In this document: positions 1 through 14,453 of the stretch, one piece after another
How positions within the stretch are numbered: position 1 is the first letter of the stretch
How the letters are laid out: every line of letters starts with the position of its first letter
From: Antedon mediterranea
Lineage: Eukaryota; Animalia; Echinodermata
Reading direction: 5' to 3'
NCBI RefSeq assembly: GCF_964355755.1
Contig: NC_092679.1
Location: 22,179,432-22,243,431 of the forward strand
Length of the DNA: 64,000 bases
Notes under the pieces: generated by a model
Database searches by the model: none
What the model was told of the DNA's origin: nothing
Seen by the model: the letters and a program-made list of their open reading frames with translations, nothing else
Made by a program: the position numbers and the translations under genes

Positions 1-1029
1 GTGATTGGCCAGCCCCTGTTGCGTTGCGTCCTATTGGGAAACAACCAAGCATTAAAATACGCATGCTACTTAGTATGATCGAAATTTGAAACAAAAAATC
101 GAATGCACCGTAATTAAATAGTTCTAAGACTTGATAACGGTAAGTTTATAATGCTTTATAAAACTCTATAATATTAAAAATGAAATTTATTGCTTTTTCA
201 TCTCAATAATACTGAAGTATCCGTTGGACGTTAATCGATGTTTATTTGCAGTTTCCATAGTAACCAAGTCATAAAAATCAACATCATGTTATATTAGACA
301 AGGTTATTACAGACATAATTCAAGCTCTAAAAATATTATTATGTAAATTACAATGTAGCCTATTGTTGATATTCATGGATTGGTTTATTACATAACGCAT
401 TTTAAAATGTAATACTAAGTGGATTCGGCTATTGTTATGCTAACAAACCGTTGTTCATTAGTCTATAGAACATGTCATTCAATAGTTAATCTCTGACATC
501 GCGAAAGAGATACACGAGGTCTACACATACGCGCACCATTCGTATTGAAACGCGCATATTTGTCGGCGTTCAAAGAAAATAAACAATTACGTACGCGCGC
601 GGTTTGTGTTGAGACGCGCATATATTTGTCGGCGTTCAAAGGGCAATTACGTAATATAACCTGTATATGATAGTTTGTTTGATATTAATTTTGCCTGTAT
701 TTAGGTAATTATGATTATTACAAGATAAATTAATTGAAATATATACTTGTTAAGAACCAAATAAACATATTTGTATTTTTAAAGTTTTATACCACTTTAA
801 TTGCCATTTCTTGTGTATTGCTTGTAGTCTTGTTATTGAAATTAAATTGAATGAATAAATGAATATAATAAAAATATGATAATACATATCAACAAGAATA
901 TGAACATGACACCCACTCAGTGACACGACCTTTGACCGACTGTATTTATATGAAAGTTAATTATGATTCAGTATAAATAATTGGATTGTTTGGTCATTCA
1001 ATCACTGTAAAATGTGGCTACTAATGAAG

Positions 1030-1625
1030 TTGATGACAGTGATGGTTGATGATGATGATAATAATATTAACAATACAGTACTAATTATGATGATGACATT
1101 AATGATAGCCAATGATGAAGATGATGATTTTGAAGATGATGATGATGATGAAAGCCAATGATAATAATGATTATGATGGTGATGAAAGCCAATGATGATG
1201 ACGATTATGATAAAAGCTAATGATGATGATGATGATGATGATAAAAGCCAATGATGAGATGATGATGATTATGATAAAAGCTGCTGATGAAGATGATGTT
1301 GATGATTATGATAAAAGCCAATGATGAAGATGATGATGATGATTATGATAAAAGCCAATGATGATGATGATGATGATAAAAAGCCAATGATGAAGATGAT
1401 GATGATGATAATGATAAAAGCCACTGATGAAGATGATGATGATTATGATAAAAGCCAAAGATGAGGATGATGATGATAAAATGATAAAAGCCAATGATGA
1501 ATGATGATGATAACGATGATGATGATGATGATGATGATGGTAATGATTATTGTAAAAGCCAATGATTACGATGATGATGATGATGATAATTATGATAAAG
1601 CCAATGATGAACATGATGTTAATAT
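1030..1625. repeat. (GAT)n compound microsatellite punctuated by AAAGCCAATGATGA
   Basis: GAT triplet runs with AAAGCCAATGATGA recurring every ~30-40 nt. This explains the His/Ile-rich pseudo-ORF 1306-1641. Confidence 0.95.
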
Positions 1626-2055
1626 ATGTTGAAATTGACAATTATGACAATTGTTATATACGTGACGACGCTGAAACTGGAAGGTTATGACGTATGATGG
1701 TGATAAGGAGTACCGGTATATGATATAGACAACAAGAAACAGTATTGTAACAAATTCAATATCATTATATGTTTTAAAGAACAACCTAATCCACGTCATT
1801 TCTTTGAACTCGTATACTCTAATAATAATTTACATTTATAACCAATAAACTAACGGTTGTAACGTTCGTAGAGTCTTCTCCTCCCATAAACACGTTGTCA
1901 TTTCTATTCCCAACGGAACAATAACTCGCGACGTCGTCTACGCCTGCCTAATCATTACTTTCGACATCATTGTAATGTTCATTTATTACACAGACCTACA
2001 TAATGTTGAATAATTGATAACGCAATTGGATGTGAAGGTATAATGTTTCTCCAAG

Positions 2056-2405
2056 TCTTTTGTCCATGTTTTCACAATTTTTAAACGTTTACTTGTCATT
2101 GGAATATGAGTAGGAACGGAACAGAAATTAGAAAAACGCGTTTATGATTTGATATTTTTACTGTTTACACACTAAATTCATATTATATATTTATTACTTA
2201 AGGTTAAATATTAACATAAGTCAGGAAACACCATCTTTTGTCCATGTTTTCATGATTTTTAAACGTTTAATTATCATTGGAATATGGATCGGAAGCGTCA
2301 GAAATGAGAGAAACGCGTTAATGCTTTGTTCTTCTTACTGTTTACACACTAAATTCAAGATTCAATTCATATTATATATTTATTACTTAAGGTTAAATAT
2401 TAAAA
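2056..2405. repeat. ~180-bp tandem duplication
   Basis: TCTTTTGTCCATGTTTTCA...TTACTGTTTACACACTAAATTCA...TTATTACTTAAGGTTAAATATTAA occurs at ~2056-2215 and again at ~2234-2405. Confidence 0.85.
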
Positions 2406-2532
2406 TAAATCCTGCAACATCACTTGGCCGCTGTAGAAAAATAACTGAAGTATCAATGTTGCTGCAAAGGTTTATATTTTAAAATAAACAGACGGTATAT
2501 AAATTTAAAACCGGGAACCCGGAGTCCCCCTT

Positions 2533-2690
2533 TAAAGCTTGGTTCCCACTAGGACGTAACACAAGGACAAAAACGCAACGCAAGCGTGTTAACCAATGAA
2601 CAGTTTGAATAATCCATCGCTTGTGATTGGTCAATTCACTTAAGTTGCGTTACGTCCTTGCGTTGCGTCTCTAGTGGGAACCAAGCTTTA
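2533..2690. mobile_element. MITE family A (TIR AAGCTTGGTTCCCACTAG, TA-flanked), complete copy
   Basis: TAAAGCTTGGTTCCCACTAG at 2533 and its inverted copy CTAGTGGGAACCAAGCTTTA ending at 2690. The element is near-palindromic and has many copies in the window. Confidence 0.9.
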
Positions 2691-3699
2691 GTTTAAAAAT
2701 ACGTAATATAGGCCTATGGTCAATAATATCAACAACTTGCAATACGATCATTCATTCTGTGTTTATCTAGCTTATTTTCTTCATGTGTTATGTTCTTGGA
2801 TGATATATAATCCTATACTGTGCTATTTTATGTCTTGTATAATAAAATATAATACTAAGCTATGATAATGCGTATATTAAAGACCATATAGCGTAACCTG
2901 CCGTAATTGTTGGCTGCGCGTGTTAGTGCGCCCTCAAAAGAGTTAAGTCACACTCAAGCAAAATGTACAGTTGGCCTAAAGCTACACTAACAAACTAGTT
3001 TGAAAGTGTAATGTGCCCAAATATGGTAGTGATATGACCATATAATGTCCATATATGGGCACATCACATTTGTCACACATTTTGATAGTGTAGACAAGGC
3101 TTGACATAACAATAAAAAAGTGTATATTTAACTATTATCATTGTTCGTGTTAGTTATCGTCCGGAAGACCCACTGTAAACGGGCCTTTAGGCATAATTGT
3201 CCTCAGTATCGTAGTAATCAGACCACGAATGAATATGATTATGAAATTATTATTATAATATGATGATAATAATAATAACGTATACATTGTGCTTCTATAA
3301 ATTTGTTTTCAATTATAAAACATTTACCAAATAATTATATATTTTAAAAACAACTGGACCGTCAGACCTACCTCTCATAGCCTACTTAAACGTTACTATG
3401 CCGTGACATAATTACATCATGACCTAAATATTCCACATTTTATAAGTATTGCGCGCACTCATTACAACATCTTGAACGATTAAGTGAATATTGATGGTAT
3501 ATGTCAGACGTGCTCAATGTTTGGTATATGATACATGTTGTATAAATGTAAATTTCATGACAGGAGGGGGAGGGGGGTTGATTTGGTCAACCGCATAATA
3601 CTTGTATTATCTACTTTACATTATGCATATTAATCCACACCCCCCCCCCCCCCTCTGCCCATCCGATGACCACGATAAAGTCGATCCATTGAATGGTTT

Positions 3700-4670
3700 T
3701 GAATGAGAATATAAATGTGAATAAATATAAAATAATGATTAATTATGAATTAATGAATATGAAAAGAAAAGAATAGAAAAAAGAAAAGAATGAATAGAAA
3801 TATAATATAAATGAATATGAATGAAAATTAATGAATGAATATTAATGAATGAATAAAAATGAATATGAATAAAAATGAATGAATAAAAATGAATATTAAT
3901 GAAAGTGAATGAATGAATATGAATATTAATGAATGAATACAAATTCATATGACTATTAATGAATGAATATGAATGAAAATGAATATGAATGAAAATGAAT
4001 ATGAATAAAAATGAATGAATAAAAATGAATATGAATGAAAGTGAATGAATGAATATGAATATTAATGATTGAATACAAATTCATATGAATATTAATGAAT
4101 GATATGAATGAAAATGAATATGAATGAAAATGAATATGAATGAAATTGAATATGAATGAAAAGGAATGAATAAAAATGAATATGAATGAATATGAATGAA
4201 TGAATATGAATATTAATGAATGAATACAAATTCATATGAATATTAATGAATGAATATGAATATTAATGAACGAATGAAAATGAATGAATAAAAATGAATA
4301 TGAATGAAAGTGAATGAATGAATATGAATATTAATGAATGAATACAAATTCATATGAATATTAATGAATGAATATGAATGAAAATGAATATGAATGAAAA
4401 TGAATATGAATGAAAATGAATATGAATGAAATTGAATATGAATGAAATTGAATATGAATGAAAAGGAATGAATAAAAATGAATATGAATGAAAATGAATG
4501 AATGCATATGAATATTAATGAATGAAAATGAATGAATGTAAATAAATATGAATAAATTTGAATGAAAATTAATGAATGAATATGAATATTAATTATTGAA
4601 TATCAATATTAATGAATGAATAATAATGAATGAAACTGAATGAAATAATGAATGATATGAATGAATGCTG
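3700..4670. repeat. (ATGA/ATGAAT)n microsatellite array
   Basis: About 1 kb of GAAT/ATGAAT units with higher-order recurrences of GAATACAAATTCATATGAATATTAATG. Confidence 0.95.
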
Positions 4671-5168
4671 ACGACGAAGATAGATGTTATGCTGATTTTG
4701 ATATGAAATGATTATGTAGGTCAAGATAATGATAAAAGTATTTTGAAAGGTAATAACGTGTAATACCGAACATGCTCTTTCTTTCTACAAATATATTAGT
4801 TTATTCATATCGATTATTTTCTCGTCCGTTCGTCAAGCTCCCTCGGCATTTTCTGTCTTTTTGACACCATAAATCGTCATAATGGTTTAGACCAAATTGA
4901 ATAATCATACGCGTTCACACTATATCGAAACCAAAACATGTTTGTTTAATTTACCGTTACCGATAAGAAAGAGTTGACACTATGATATTTCGAGCTTAGT
5001 GTGAAGAAACGGTCAACAGACTGTCCTGAGTTATTTATTTGATTTTGTGTTACCAAAATGAGAATCGAAATGTGTTCAAATACACAGATTGAACAGATCG
5101 CGAGCACCGGTTGTCCGATTCTCGTTATGTTCTTTTATCGGATAAATGATTTTCATTTTCGCAATTAC

Positions 5169-5691
5169 TAAAGTTTGGTTTCCACTTGGACGACGCAACG
5201 CAATGACGTAAGCGTACCATAACGCTTGGTTCCTACTAGGACGTAAGCGCACCGGAAGTAATTGACTAATTACAACGCGATGGATCATTCAACTGTCGAA
5301 TGTGATTGGTTAACTCACTTGCGTTGAGCCGACGTCTGCGTGGCATCCAGCTTGTTTCCCACTAGAACGCAACGCAAGGACGTAAATGCAACGTAAAGCG
5401 TGGTTCCCACTAGCGACGCAACACAAGGACGTAACGCAACGCAAGTGAATTGACCAATTACAAGCCATGGCTTATTCGCTTGTGATTGCTAACTGTCTAT
5501 AACTTCGCTTGTCATTGGTTAAAACGCTTGTGTTGCGTTTACATCCTTGCGTTACGTTCTAGTGGGAACCAAGCTTTAGCGAGATAATCAATAACAAGCT
5601 TACAATTATTCGAACTTTCGCTTGTCATTGGTCAACACGCTTGCGTTGCGTTACGTCTTTGCATTTTTTCTCTAGTGGGAACCAAGCTTTA
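5169..5691. mobile_element. cluster of MITE family A copies, one nested inside another
   Basis: A complete copy at 5394-5578 sits at a TA inside a copy spanning ~5349-5691. Further partial copies lie at 5169-5345. Confidence 0.85.
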
Positions 5692-7384
5692 GCAGGCGCA
5701 ACAGAGCGTCGCTGTTTAGATAAATTACCTTCACATGAAGTCAGTCTACGCTGTCGTAATATCGGATCGCATCAACGACAACGCAGAATTCTAAAATGGG
5801 GCTGTACACTGAAGCTATCGCGACGCTGATTGCCTCTGTTGCTCTGTGGTTTTTGACGTCGAGTGTGTCGTGATCGAAAGGTCCGTCGTAGTGTTTACAC
5901 ACGTGTGGTTAAGCTTATTAGCGCTTCACTGGTCCGGGTCGTGTTTTACACAATGTTTAGACACTTTCAAAATGTTATTATAAACGTAAATGAGACGTAA
6001 ATAATCCCTATAATCTTGTTTCATAATTGGCATTAAATCCCAATACTGTGAATTTTACACGTTAATTAACAAAATTCGTGATATCCTGTTCGTGGTATCA
6101 TGATGAGATATTTCGAAAACACATGACTGGTTTTTTATGCTTTATCTTTTCAAAATCGTATATCTGCCTCAAAGACGGTTCGCGAATGTAATAAAATGTT
6201 ACGACTCATTTTAATACGATGTTTATTCAACATTAAACGGAAAACTCAGAAGGTTTCCGTAACTGTTTAATAGATGTATGTGAAGGACCATTCAAACAGT
6301 GTCAGGAAAATTATGTACACGTTGTCATATTATATGTATCACATGTGATGCATGTATTATATGTAATAAATGTATGTGAAGGACCTTTCAAACAGTGCGT
6401 TTTATTCATCTTACTGTTTATTATTGTTTATCATAATCTTTTCAGTATCATAGGAAAATTATGTATACACTGTCATATGTATCACATGTGATGCTTGTAA
6501 TATAGGTCATAAGCTTCAATCATCCCTAACGTATAACAGAGGCGCCAGATTTAATGCAATTTTATTCACCATTTAAAATACATTTGAGATGTATGCATTT
6601 TTAATTCTGTATGTATTCGCCACTAGTTATTTGTCACGTCATCATTAATATCAATCGCTATCACAGTCTTGTGGAAAAAAGTTTATTCAGATTTCAATTA
6701 AAAGAGTGAAATCCACTTTTTAGAGTGACTTGCACTGTTTTGAGAAGCGTGCTAAACGATTGAAATTCACGATGGTTCATTCAGTTCATTCTTCAAAGAG
6801 TGAACTGTTTAACAGGCTTAAAGAATGAAAATTCCCCTTTTAGAGTGAAAACACTTTCACTATAATTATTTTCACTCGTTTAAAAGAGTAATGATAATTA
6901 ATGTGAAGTTAAATCCTTACTTGTATTTATTTATTTATTCGAAACTTCGTCATGTGTTTTGTCGAATACAAAAGTGTGTATGTTATATCATAGTCACTAT
7001 CTAACATTAGCATGATTGTTGTAATACTAAAACGTTGCGAGGCTATTTTTTGAATTACAGAAAACAGCATCTGAGCCGTGAATATTGTACAACCACATCA
7101 TAATTGAATGGATAATATTATCGGGTGTAGATACTACTTTCACCGAGTTACACTAATACGATTTATTTTCGGTTTCTTAATCATTCGACATCATTTTGAT
7201 ATCTACGCCCGAGAGAAAATGATTAAATGTGATAACGGTAGAATATTTCATTTCTTTAATAATCTTCGTATTATCTAGATAACATGGGTTATTTTTCATA
7301 AATATTTAGATTATGCCTTGTAGCCACGATAATAATAAGTTGCAAGAGGGAATATGTTGAAAAAGAAGGTATTTTGAATTCCTG

Positions 7385-7830
7385 GGTGATGATGCTGATA
7401 ATACGGATTGTGTGTGATACATACTGATGATAATGATACTAACAATTAAGTTCCTGATGTTTAAGATCCTGATGATGATGATGATGAGCCTGATGATTGT
7501 GTGTAATACATACTGATGATAATGGTTGAAGATTATGGTACTGATGATGATGATTATGATGATGATCCTAATGATTATGAGCATGATGATTATGATACGG
7601 ATGATTATGGTACTAATGATGATGATCATGATGAATATGAGCCTGATGATTGTGTGTGATACATACTGATGATTATGGTACTTATACTGATGACGATGAC
7701 GTTGATCCTGATGATTATGATCCTGATACCGTATGTGATGCATACTAATACTGATGATTATGATACTGATAATAGTGATAACTAGTATGTAGTACTAATG
7801 AGTGTGATAATGATAATGACACAGATGATA
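7385..7830. repeat. (GAT)n-rich low-complexity repeat
   Basis: GAT runs with recurring GATTGTGTGTGATACATACTGATG. This explains pseudo-ORF 7306-7743. Confidence 0.9.
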
Positions 7831-8817
7831 TACCGTATGTTTCAATGAAGAACAAAATTTGTAATATATACTATTATTATTATTATACTAAAACTATTAG
7901 TAGATTGAACTGTAGTTTAAACACGTATCGATTTTTCAGCAGTACCAGTAATATATGACTGTAAATAACAAAAGTACGCTCAGAAATATGAACATAATCC
8001 GCTGTACTTTAAGCCGTAACTTAATTATCCAAATGCCCTGATTATTATAAGAATAATATTACGATAGTGTTTGCTAAGTTTTATTTGATTAGTGTAGTAT
8101 TTATTTAAAACATGCACTAAATGGAACTTAACTATTTATATTGTAAATACTGAGTTTGCCCTTAGAAAAAATGCGTAAGACGCCTTGATATCTCATTTAC
8201 ATATGGCGGTTACCATGTAAATTCCGGTTTAATGTACCGGTAGTATTAAGCATCCGTCTATTTACAGTATGGACACGCATTTAATCAAAGTCTCCATTTA
8301 CACACATTTTAAGTTCCCTGTTATCTACAAGAGAAATTACGCTAAATGTTAACGTACTTAAATGCGCTCGCAATTACATATAGTAAAGTAACCTAGTACT
8401 AAGCAATCGTTTATACATACATGCATTCTGCGTACGGAATTATAGCGACCGATACCAAAACATGTGTCCACACGTATGCTAAACTTGTATGCGTATTATA
8501 GCAACTGTTACCAATGTGTGTCCACACGTACCAAACATCTGAAAGTCAGTTTCTATGTAATGTGGTACACTGGTTCTGTACATTTAATTTTCTATATATA
8601 CTTATTGTTGGTATTCAACAAACTAAGAACAGTTTCAACATATTGTAACAGTTACTGGTAGGAATATTTACATTTCTGTTGTTAAAACAGATGGAATTAT
8701 GCTAATTAATCTCTCAATTTGTAGGCCTGTTTACTTGTTTGTTTCTTAACGTGCCTGCTGAATGTAGACACGGGTACATATGTCATTATATACTGCACAT
8801 ACAATAGTTAACAATAA

Positions 8818-10294
8818 CTAGATTTAATTCGTCACTATGACGAATTATAGGTTATATGCATTGATTTAAATAAAGATAATTGATTTTTAAAAGATATATT
8901 GATTGATTGATTTTCTCAGAATCTTTAATTATTTATAATATATGATAGGACCTTGCTAACGCGAACACCATAGCCGGTATCACAATCCGATCAAAGATCC
9001 CTCTGCGTATAATGTCATAAACCGCATTTGTTGTTACATAATAATAAAGACATAAAGTAACTTTTTATCTAGATTTCATTATAAATCATGTGTATAATCT
9101 ATACACTAAGAAATAAATTTGAACAAACAATACGGATAATAAAAAAAAAAATCTTATTTCGTTTCCCAAGGTGAGACTCGAACTCGGTACCTTGAATGGC
9201 ATAGACACGAGCACAGCCCATCGAGCCATACACAACTGACTAAAAGTAGAGGAGAAAAATTCCTCCGTGTATTTACTATGCAGTAACCACTTTGGTGCAG
9301 ATAGATTATTACATACCGCAATGGATTATAATGTTTTACTATGATGACATCTTTAAAAATTGAAAAAAATGATGCACTGTCAAACTATATACTTTTAACT
9401 TTAATATATGAACTTCTTAAGGAAGAAAGTTAATGTTAAGTTTGTTATTTTGGCCTAAGAAAATGTTATAATTTGTTTGATTGTCGAAATTAATTTTGTT
9501 AAATTTAATATGCCATTAATGATGACTTAATCAACTTTTGTTCTTCTAATTTCATAATAAATTATACATATGATACATACACTTCAAGAAAATTAAATAA
9601 AAAATAGGTGTTCCCGAGCATTCTAACGATATATATTAATTTTAAAATTTAGCATATTTTCACCATTTTGTTAACTTACAAGTGCGTAGCCTGTCACTTT
9701 TGACGTGCTCGTATAACGCTGTTTCGCGTTGAAAAGTGAATAAAATATGATGATATTATTAAAGAAAGGTTATACAACAGTAATCGGACAAAAACAGTGC
9801 GCATTAACGTTTGACGCGCAGTGCACGTGCAAAAATCTGCGCACTCATGGCAATTTTTTAAACGCTTAAAATTGCCTGAAACGTACTCTAATTTCATCGA
9901 AAATAAATTCTGACAATTTTCAACATTTTAAGCGCGCGTACGCATGCGTTATATGCGCTACGCACGTAATTGTATTGCCATATGATGAAATATGACCTGA
10001 AATTTATGAGTACCAAATTTTGTTTAAAAGTGATTCATGCTTGTGAAGATATGATTACAAACGTGATTTCGTTAAATTGCGCGTAGACCGCGTAATGTTT
10101 GATTGCGCACCCTGAAAACATAACCACATCGATTCCTGGCCATAAGGAATATACTCTGAAAAATTGACTTAGATAGATGAAACTGATATCAAGATAATTC
10201 ACGGACAAAATAGTGCTAAGGAAAGAATAAATAAAGAAATAAATAAAGATTCTGACAGAATCAAGAGGTTATATGCATATCATGCATATAACCT
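8818..10294 (-). mobile_element. complete non-autonomous Helentron/DINE-1-like (HINE) rolling-circle element
   Basis: Left end: CTAG (8818-8821), hairpin TAATTCGTCA-CTA-TGACGAATTA (8825-8847), then subterminal repeat AGGTTATATGCAT (8849-8861). Right end: an A-rich AAAG/AAAT tract, then hairpin AGGTTATATGCAT-ATC-ATGCATATAACCT (10266-10294). Both flanks are AA (TT target on the - strand). The internal 9860-9960 segment resembles the body of the 56-64 kb units. Confidence 0.85.
9160..9232 (-). pseudogene. degenerate tRNA-like Pol III cassette inside the Helentron-like element
   Basis: On the - strand: TGGCTCGATGG (A-box-like) and GAGTTCGAGTC (B-box-like) at tRNA spacing, followed by a long T run. 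The stems pair poorly. Confidence 0.55.
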
Positions 10295-13200
10295 AATAAC
10301 CTAATTAAATAATCCTAACCTATGACGTTATAAAATTTAAATGATTTGATCATTCACAGGTGAAAGAATGATTCGTCCATTGTGATTGGACAAATTACTT
10401 TGCGCGTATGATCTTGCGTTACATCATTGTGTTGCGTTCTAATTTGAACCAAGAATATCTTGAAATAATTTGATTTAGATCCAAAATAATGATTTCATGA
10501 GTAAGTTCTCTTCTCTTCTTCTTTCTTGTATCAAACAAAAAACAATTTAATACAAAAGATAGCCAAGGTATAGCCGAAGCTAATCAAGCTTGGTACCTTT
10601 TATCTTAACTAACTTAAGCTACAAAATTAACAAATAAATAACAGAACTTAAAAGAAAATAAAAATTTGATAACGTCAAAAACAAAACAAAAAATGTTGAA
10701 TAATAAATAAATAACATAACATAAAGTGCTGTATGTACTATACTGTAATAAACAAAACCATATCAGTTCAATAGATAATATCTGATGAATTAACAATAAG
10801 AGCGTTTGCGAAACTAAGAATAATATACCTTTTATATACTTATTTATTTCTTCTGTTGGATCGACAGAAAAAGAAATTACTCGTAAATCATGATAATATA
10901 ATACCCTAGATTAGGCCTAGCTCAAGACTTGTTATAACCTACAAGTGTATCCCATAATAGTCTTATGTGAATTATTTATGTTCCTCAGTTCTCACGAGAC
11001 TATACGAGTGTGTATCGATTCTGAAGAAATCGCCTGTAATTAATAAGACTTAGCAGGTTGATGTGAAGTGGCCTCCTGTCTCATGCCTTTTAATAAGGGT
11101 ATGGTAATGGCATTATATTGCAGAATTTAATATGAAAATATTATATGAAAATATTATATGAAAATATAATTTACCGTGAATAGAATAATTGGCCTTATTA
11201 AATTCATCTTCTGGCATTGTTGTTGTTCTGATTTAACTGTATTTTCATATTTATTTTGTATTATCCAGCTGTTGCTCACAGTACAGATGTGTTGTTTGGA
11301 TAATAAGATACATAGTATATGATACCGTAGGACAACTCTAATAAGGAGACACCTTTGGGATACAATAGCATCTCCTCTTATGATGCTGACCACTGAATAG
11401 GGTTGGCCTTATAAAGAGTGAAACCTTATATTGCACAGCTATCGTTTTAATTGAAAGTGTCCTCTTAATAGGGGAAGGGCCGGGGAGAGGTTATTGGGAG
11501 CCTAGGAGGAAGGGCTGTCCCAAAAAGTGGAGTTCTAAAGTATAAATTTTAACCGAATATAAAGGCAATAAGATTGTTAAATGAACTGATTTGTAAACCG
11601 CCCAGCAATAATAATAATGAAATAAAAAATGATGCTGGCGAAAATCGCGGTTAAACAACAGAGAGAGAGAGAGAGGAAGTCGAAAAATAACACAATAATA
11701 TGTAACCTATAGGCTCTTTCAAATCATATACAAACGGTTAGATTTATAAAAAGAAAAGCGTTCGAGTAAAGAAATTAAAAGCGACGTGAAGGTAAATTTT
11801 GTAACAAAAGAAATTCACCGATGGTTAGAAAAGGCAGGATTATAATAAATATAACTTGTTATTTTTCCAATGATATTATTTGCAGAACCATATGTTCACA
11901 TGAATAATGCAATATTATAATTGTGAATAATAAATGCATAGCATACAAGACGCATGGCGAGTACAATGAATTACAAATAAGTTTGAACGTGATTAAGGGT
12001 TTGTACACACCGAAGCTATATAATTTTTTGTTTGGTATATTTGAGCATGGTAAACCTGCTGCGTATAACTTAACAACGCGTATGCATGACATAACAACGC
12101 GTCCGCACAACGCGCGCGTTAAAAGTCTGTTGAAAATTGGACGGCTTTTACACGCGAGCGTCCCACGTTCTATTTCTGTCATCACTGACGAAATATACTA
12201 TACGCGTCGTTGGGACCGTTCATGCTTAATAACTGGGCAAGTTGGTTTTATGTGGAAAGTTATCGCTAACTTTGGTGGGTAGGAGGAACCAACTTATATG
12301 GGGAAATAACTAAAGGCCAATTTACACAGACGAACGGTAACAGTAAGCGCCAGAGTAATCGGTAACGGTACGTCTGAACGAATCCCATTGACGTGAAAAA
12401 AATGTGTGCCGTGCAAAACAAGAATTGCCGAAGCAGTTTCATGTCAAATACAGTTATCTAAGACGTGCTGTTTTTTAAACACAGAGTCAACAGCAGTTTG
12501 AATATACTGTGTTCATAGTATTAACTAAAAATAACTTTATAGCCTACACTATTTTCCATTGATCAGGGCAAAGATAATTAAACTGGCTCATATGCGTATT
12601 AAAGTAGCTATCCCAATGCATGACGTCATACAAATCTATTTTAACATGGAGTTCGTCCGGGTACACAAATCCGTTTCGGTTATGTTAACGCGATGCTATG
12701 CGCATGCGTATGCGCGCGCGTGTACACACACTAATTCAACACTGTGGAATAAATATTATTATAGCCGCTTTAAGATCTTTTGATTCTATACGAATGGGAC
12801 AAATAAACTAATTCCTGAGAAATCAACGAAATTGGATGAGTATTTTGCACCACGCGAAAGGCTTTGATGAAGCTGTGCGGCGATGAATCGATAATGTAGG
12901 AATCATTGTTCAGTTGTTTCTCGCGAACATGTCGCCATTGGTTCTTTTGATTTACCCTGTTAAGCACTAATCGAATAAAGCGGATTGCGTTGAATACAAA
13001 TAACTGCCAAGGCTACCGTAACAGTATACCAATAAAACGACAAACATAACATTTACCACGAGAAAATTCTCTTTAAAAATGTTTGTTAATGTCCCACCTT
13101 GTATTAGATAATAGTACACTATTTTAAGTATATCCTTGTCATTTGATTGGTTGGTGTAATATAACGCATCACTGCCGTATAACAGTGATATTGAACGCGT

Positions 13201-13649
13201 ATGCATTACGTAACAACGCGTACGCACAGCGTAAAATCTGTTGAACGGCTTTTGTACGCGAGCGGCAAGCATTTTAACGCGTATTCGGTCAACTCATTCT
13301 CAGCTCATTGGTACGGTAAACACGCGATAGGCCAATGAACATAACGAAGGAAAAACCAACCCACAGGGTGGTTGCACCGTGTATAATTGCTCCGTTCCGC
13401 GACCAAAACTGGCCTTTTTGTGGCCTAGCCTTTGACATCCGATTCCATCTTGGATCGGTACGGTAGTGCTGATGACCCGAAACATAAATAAACAAATGAA
13501 TAACAGTGATATTGATTTAGAACAGTAGATGTGATATTTATATTTATAAATTGATATTAGGGTGATATACATCACCCTAATTTATTTGTCTCCCTTTTCA
13601 CACAAATTTATTTTGTTATTGAATGAATATTTTTCTAATATTCCACATT

Positions 13650-14262
13650 TATTTAGTCATCAATTACAGTACATCATAATTACAGTACAACTGAGAACAG
13701 GGATCCTGCATAAAAAAAGCTATAGCTTCGTTTTTTTGTAGGACCCTTTTACAAGAACAAGTATATAGAACTTAAATAAACAAAGGTGTTGTTAATCAGC
13801 ATATAGTGATAAAAAGTATTTTTTAACCTGTTTTTTTATACATTTATTTTGTTTCTTTAAGATAACCGGTTTATTACCACCATTACAAGTGAATTCTTTC
13901 CACAATTTTGGTCCATATATGTGTATAAACTGTTGACTGCAAGTTAGTCTTGTGAAGGGAATTTCGAATTCAGTTTCTGTTCTGAGGTTATGAGTAGGCC
14001 TAATACTGTCACAGTAATTAAAAATATTTAAAATGTGATGTGGTAATTCATTGAATTTTACGTTTGCCATAAATCCTATGACGTTTACTTTGTAAATATC
14101 ATAAACGTTTAATATTTTTAGTTTCTTAAACAGTGGCTCTGAGGCTTGTCTGGATTTAGAGAAGGTAATGCATTTTACAGCTCTCTTTTGGAGTTTTAGT
14201 ATTACTTCTAACGTGCTCTTGTATGTATTTCCCCTACCTACTACTATGATTACATATTTTTG
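13650..14262 (-). mobile_element. 5'-truncated LINE (CR1/L2-group), ORF2 C-terminus plus 3' UTR
   Basis: ORF 13792-14412 contains LQKRAVKCITFS...SEPLFKKLKILNVYDIY...HNLR...YGPKLW, typical of the post-RT region of CR1/L2-group ORF2. It is followed by a 3' stem-loop (~13700-13748) and a short repeated tail. Confidence 0.8.
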
Positions 14263-14453
14263 GTTCGGTGTGTTCATTCTATAATCATAATGATTTATGA
14301 GGAGATTGATGACCAAGATGATAATGACGACAAAAATGTGAACGCGACAATACCTGGAAATGATTACCAGCAAATCAATGGCAACAATTATTGCGAGCAT
14401 CTTACCAAACATGGTGTCCTCTTAATGGAGCCCTCGAAATAGGGGTTTCCTCA

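Noticed and set aside
1306-1641. His/Ile-rich 111-aa ORF (also 7306-7743 and 47480-47968)
   Set aside because: These are translations of (GAT)n microsatellites on the reverse strand, with no domain or splice support.
11859-13575. Cluster of 60-120 aa ORFs in a CpG-richer part of the KCNK intron
   Set aside because: No recognisable domains or consistent splice pattern; more likely regulatory DNA or decayed repeats.
13792-14412. 206-aa ORF as a host gene
   Set aside because: The C-terminal part is a LINE ORF2 remnant, and the N-terminal part is read-through into unrelated flanking DNA.
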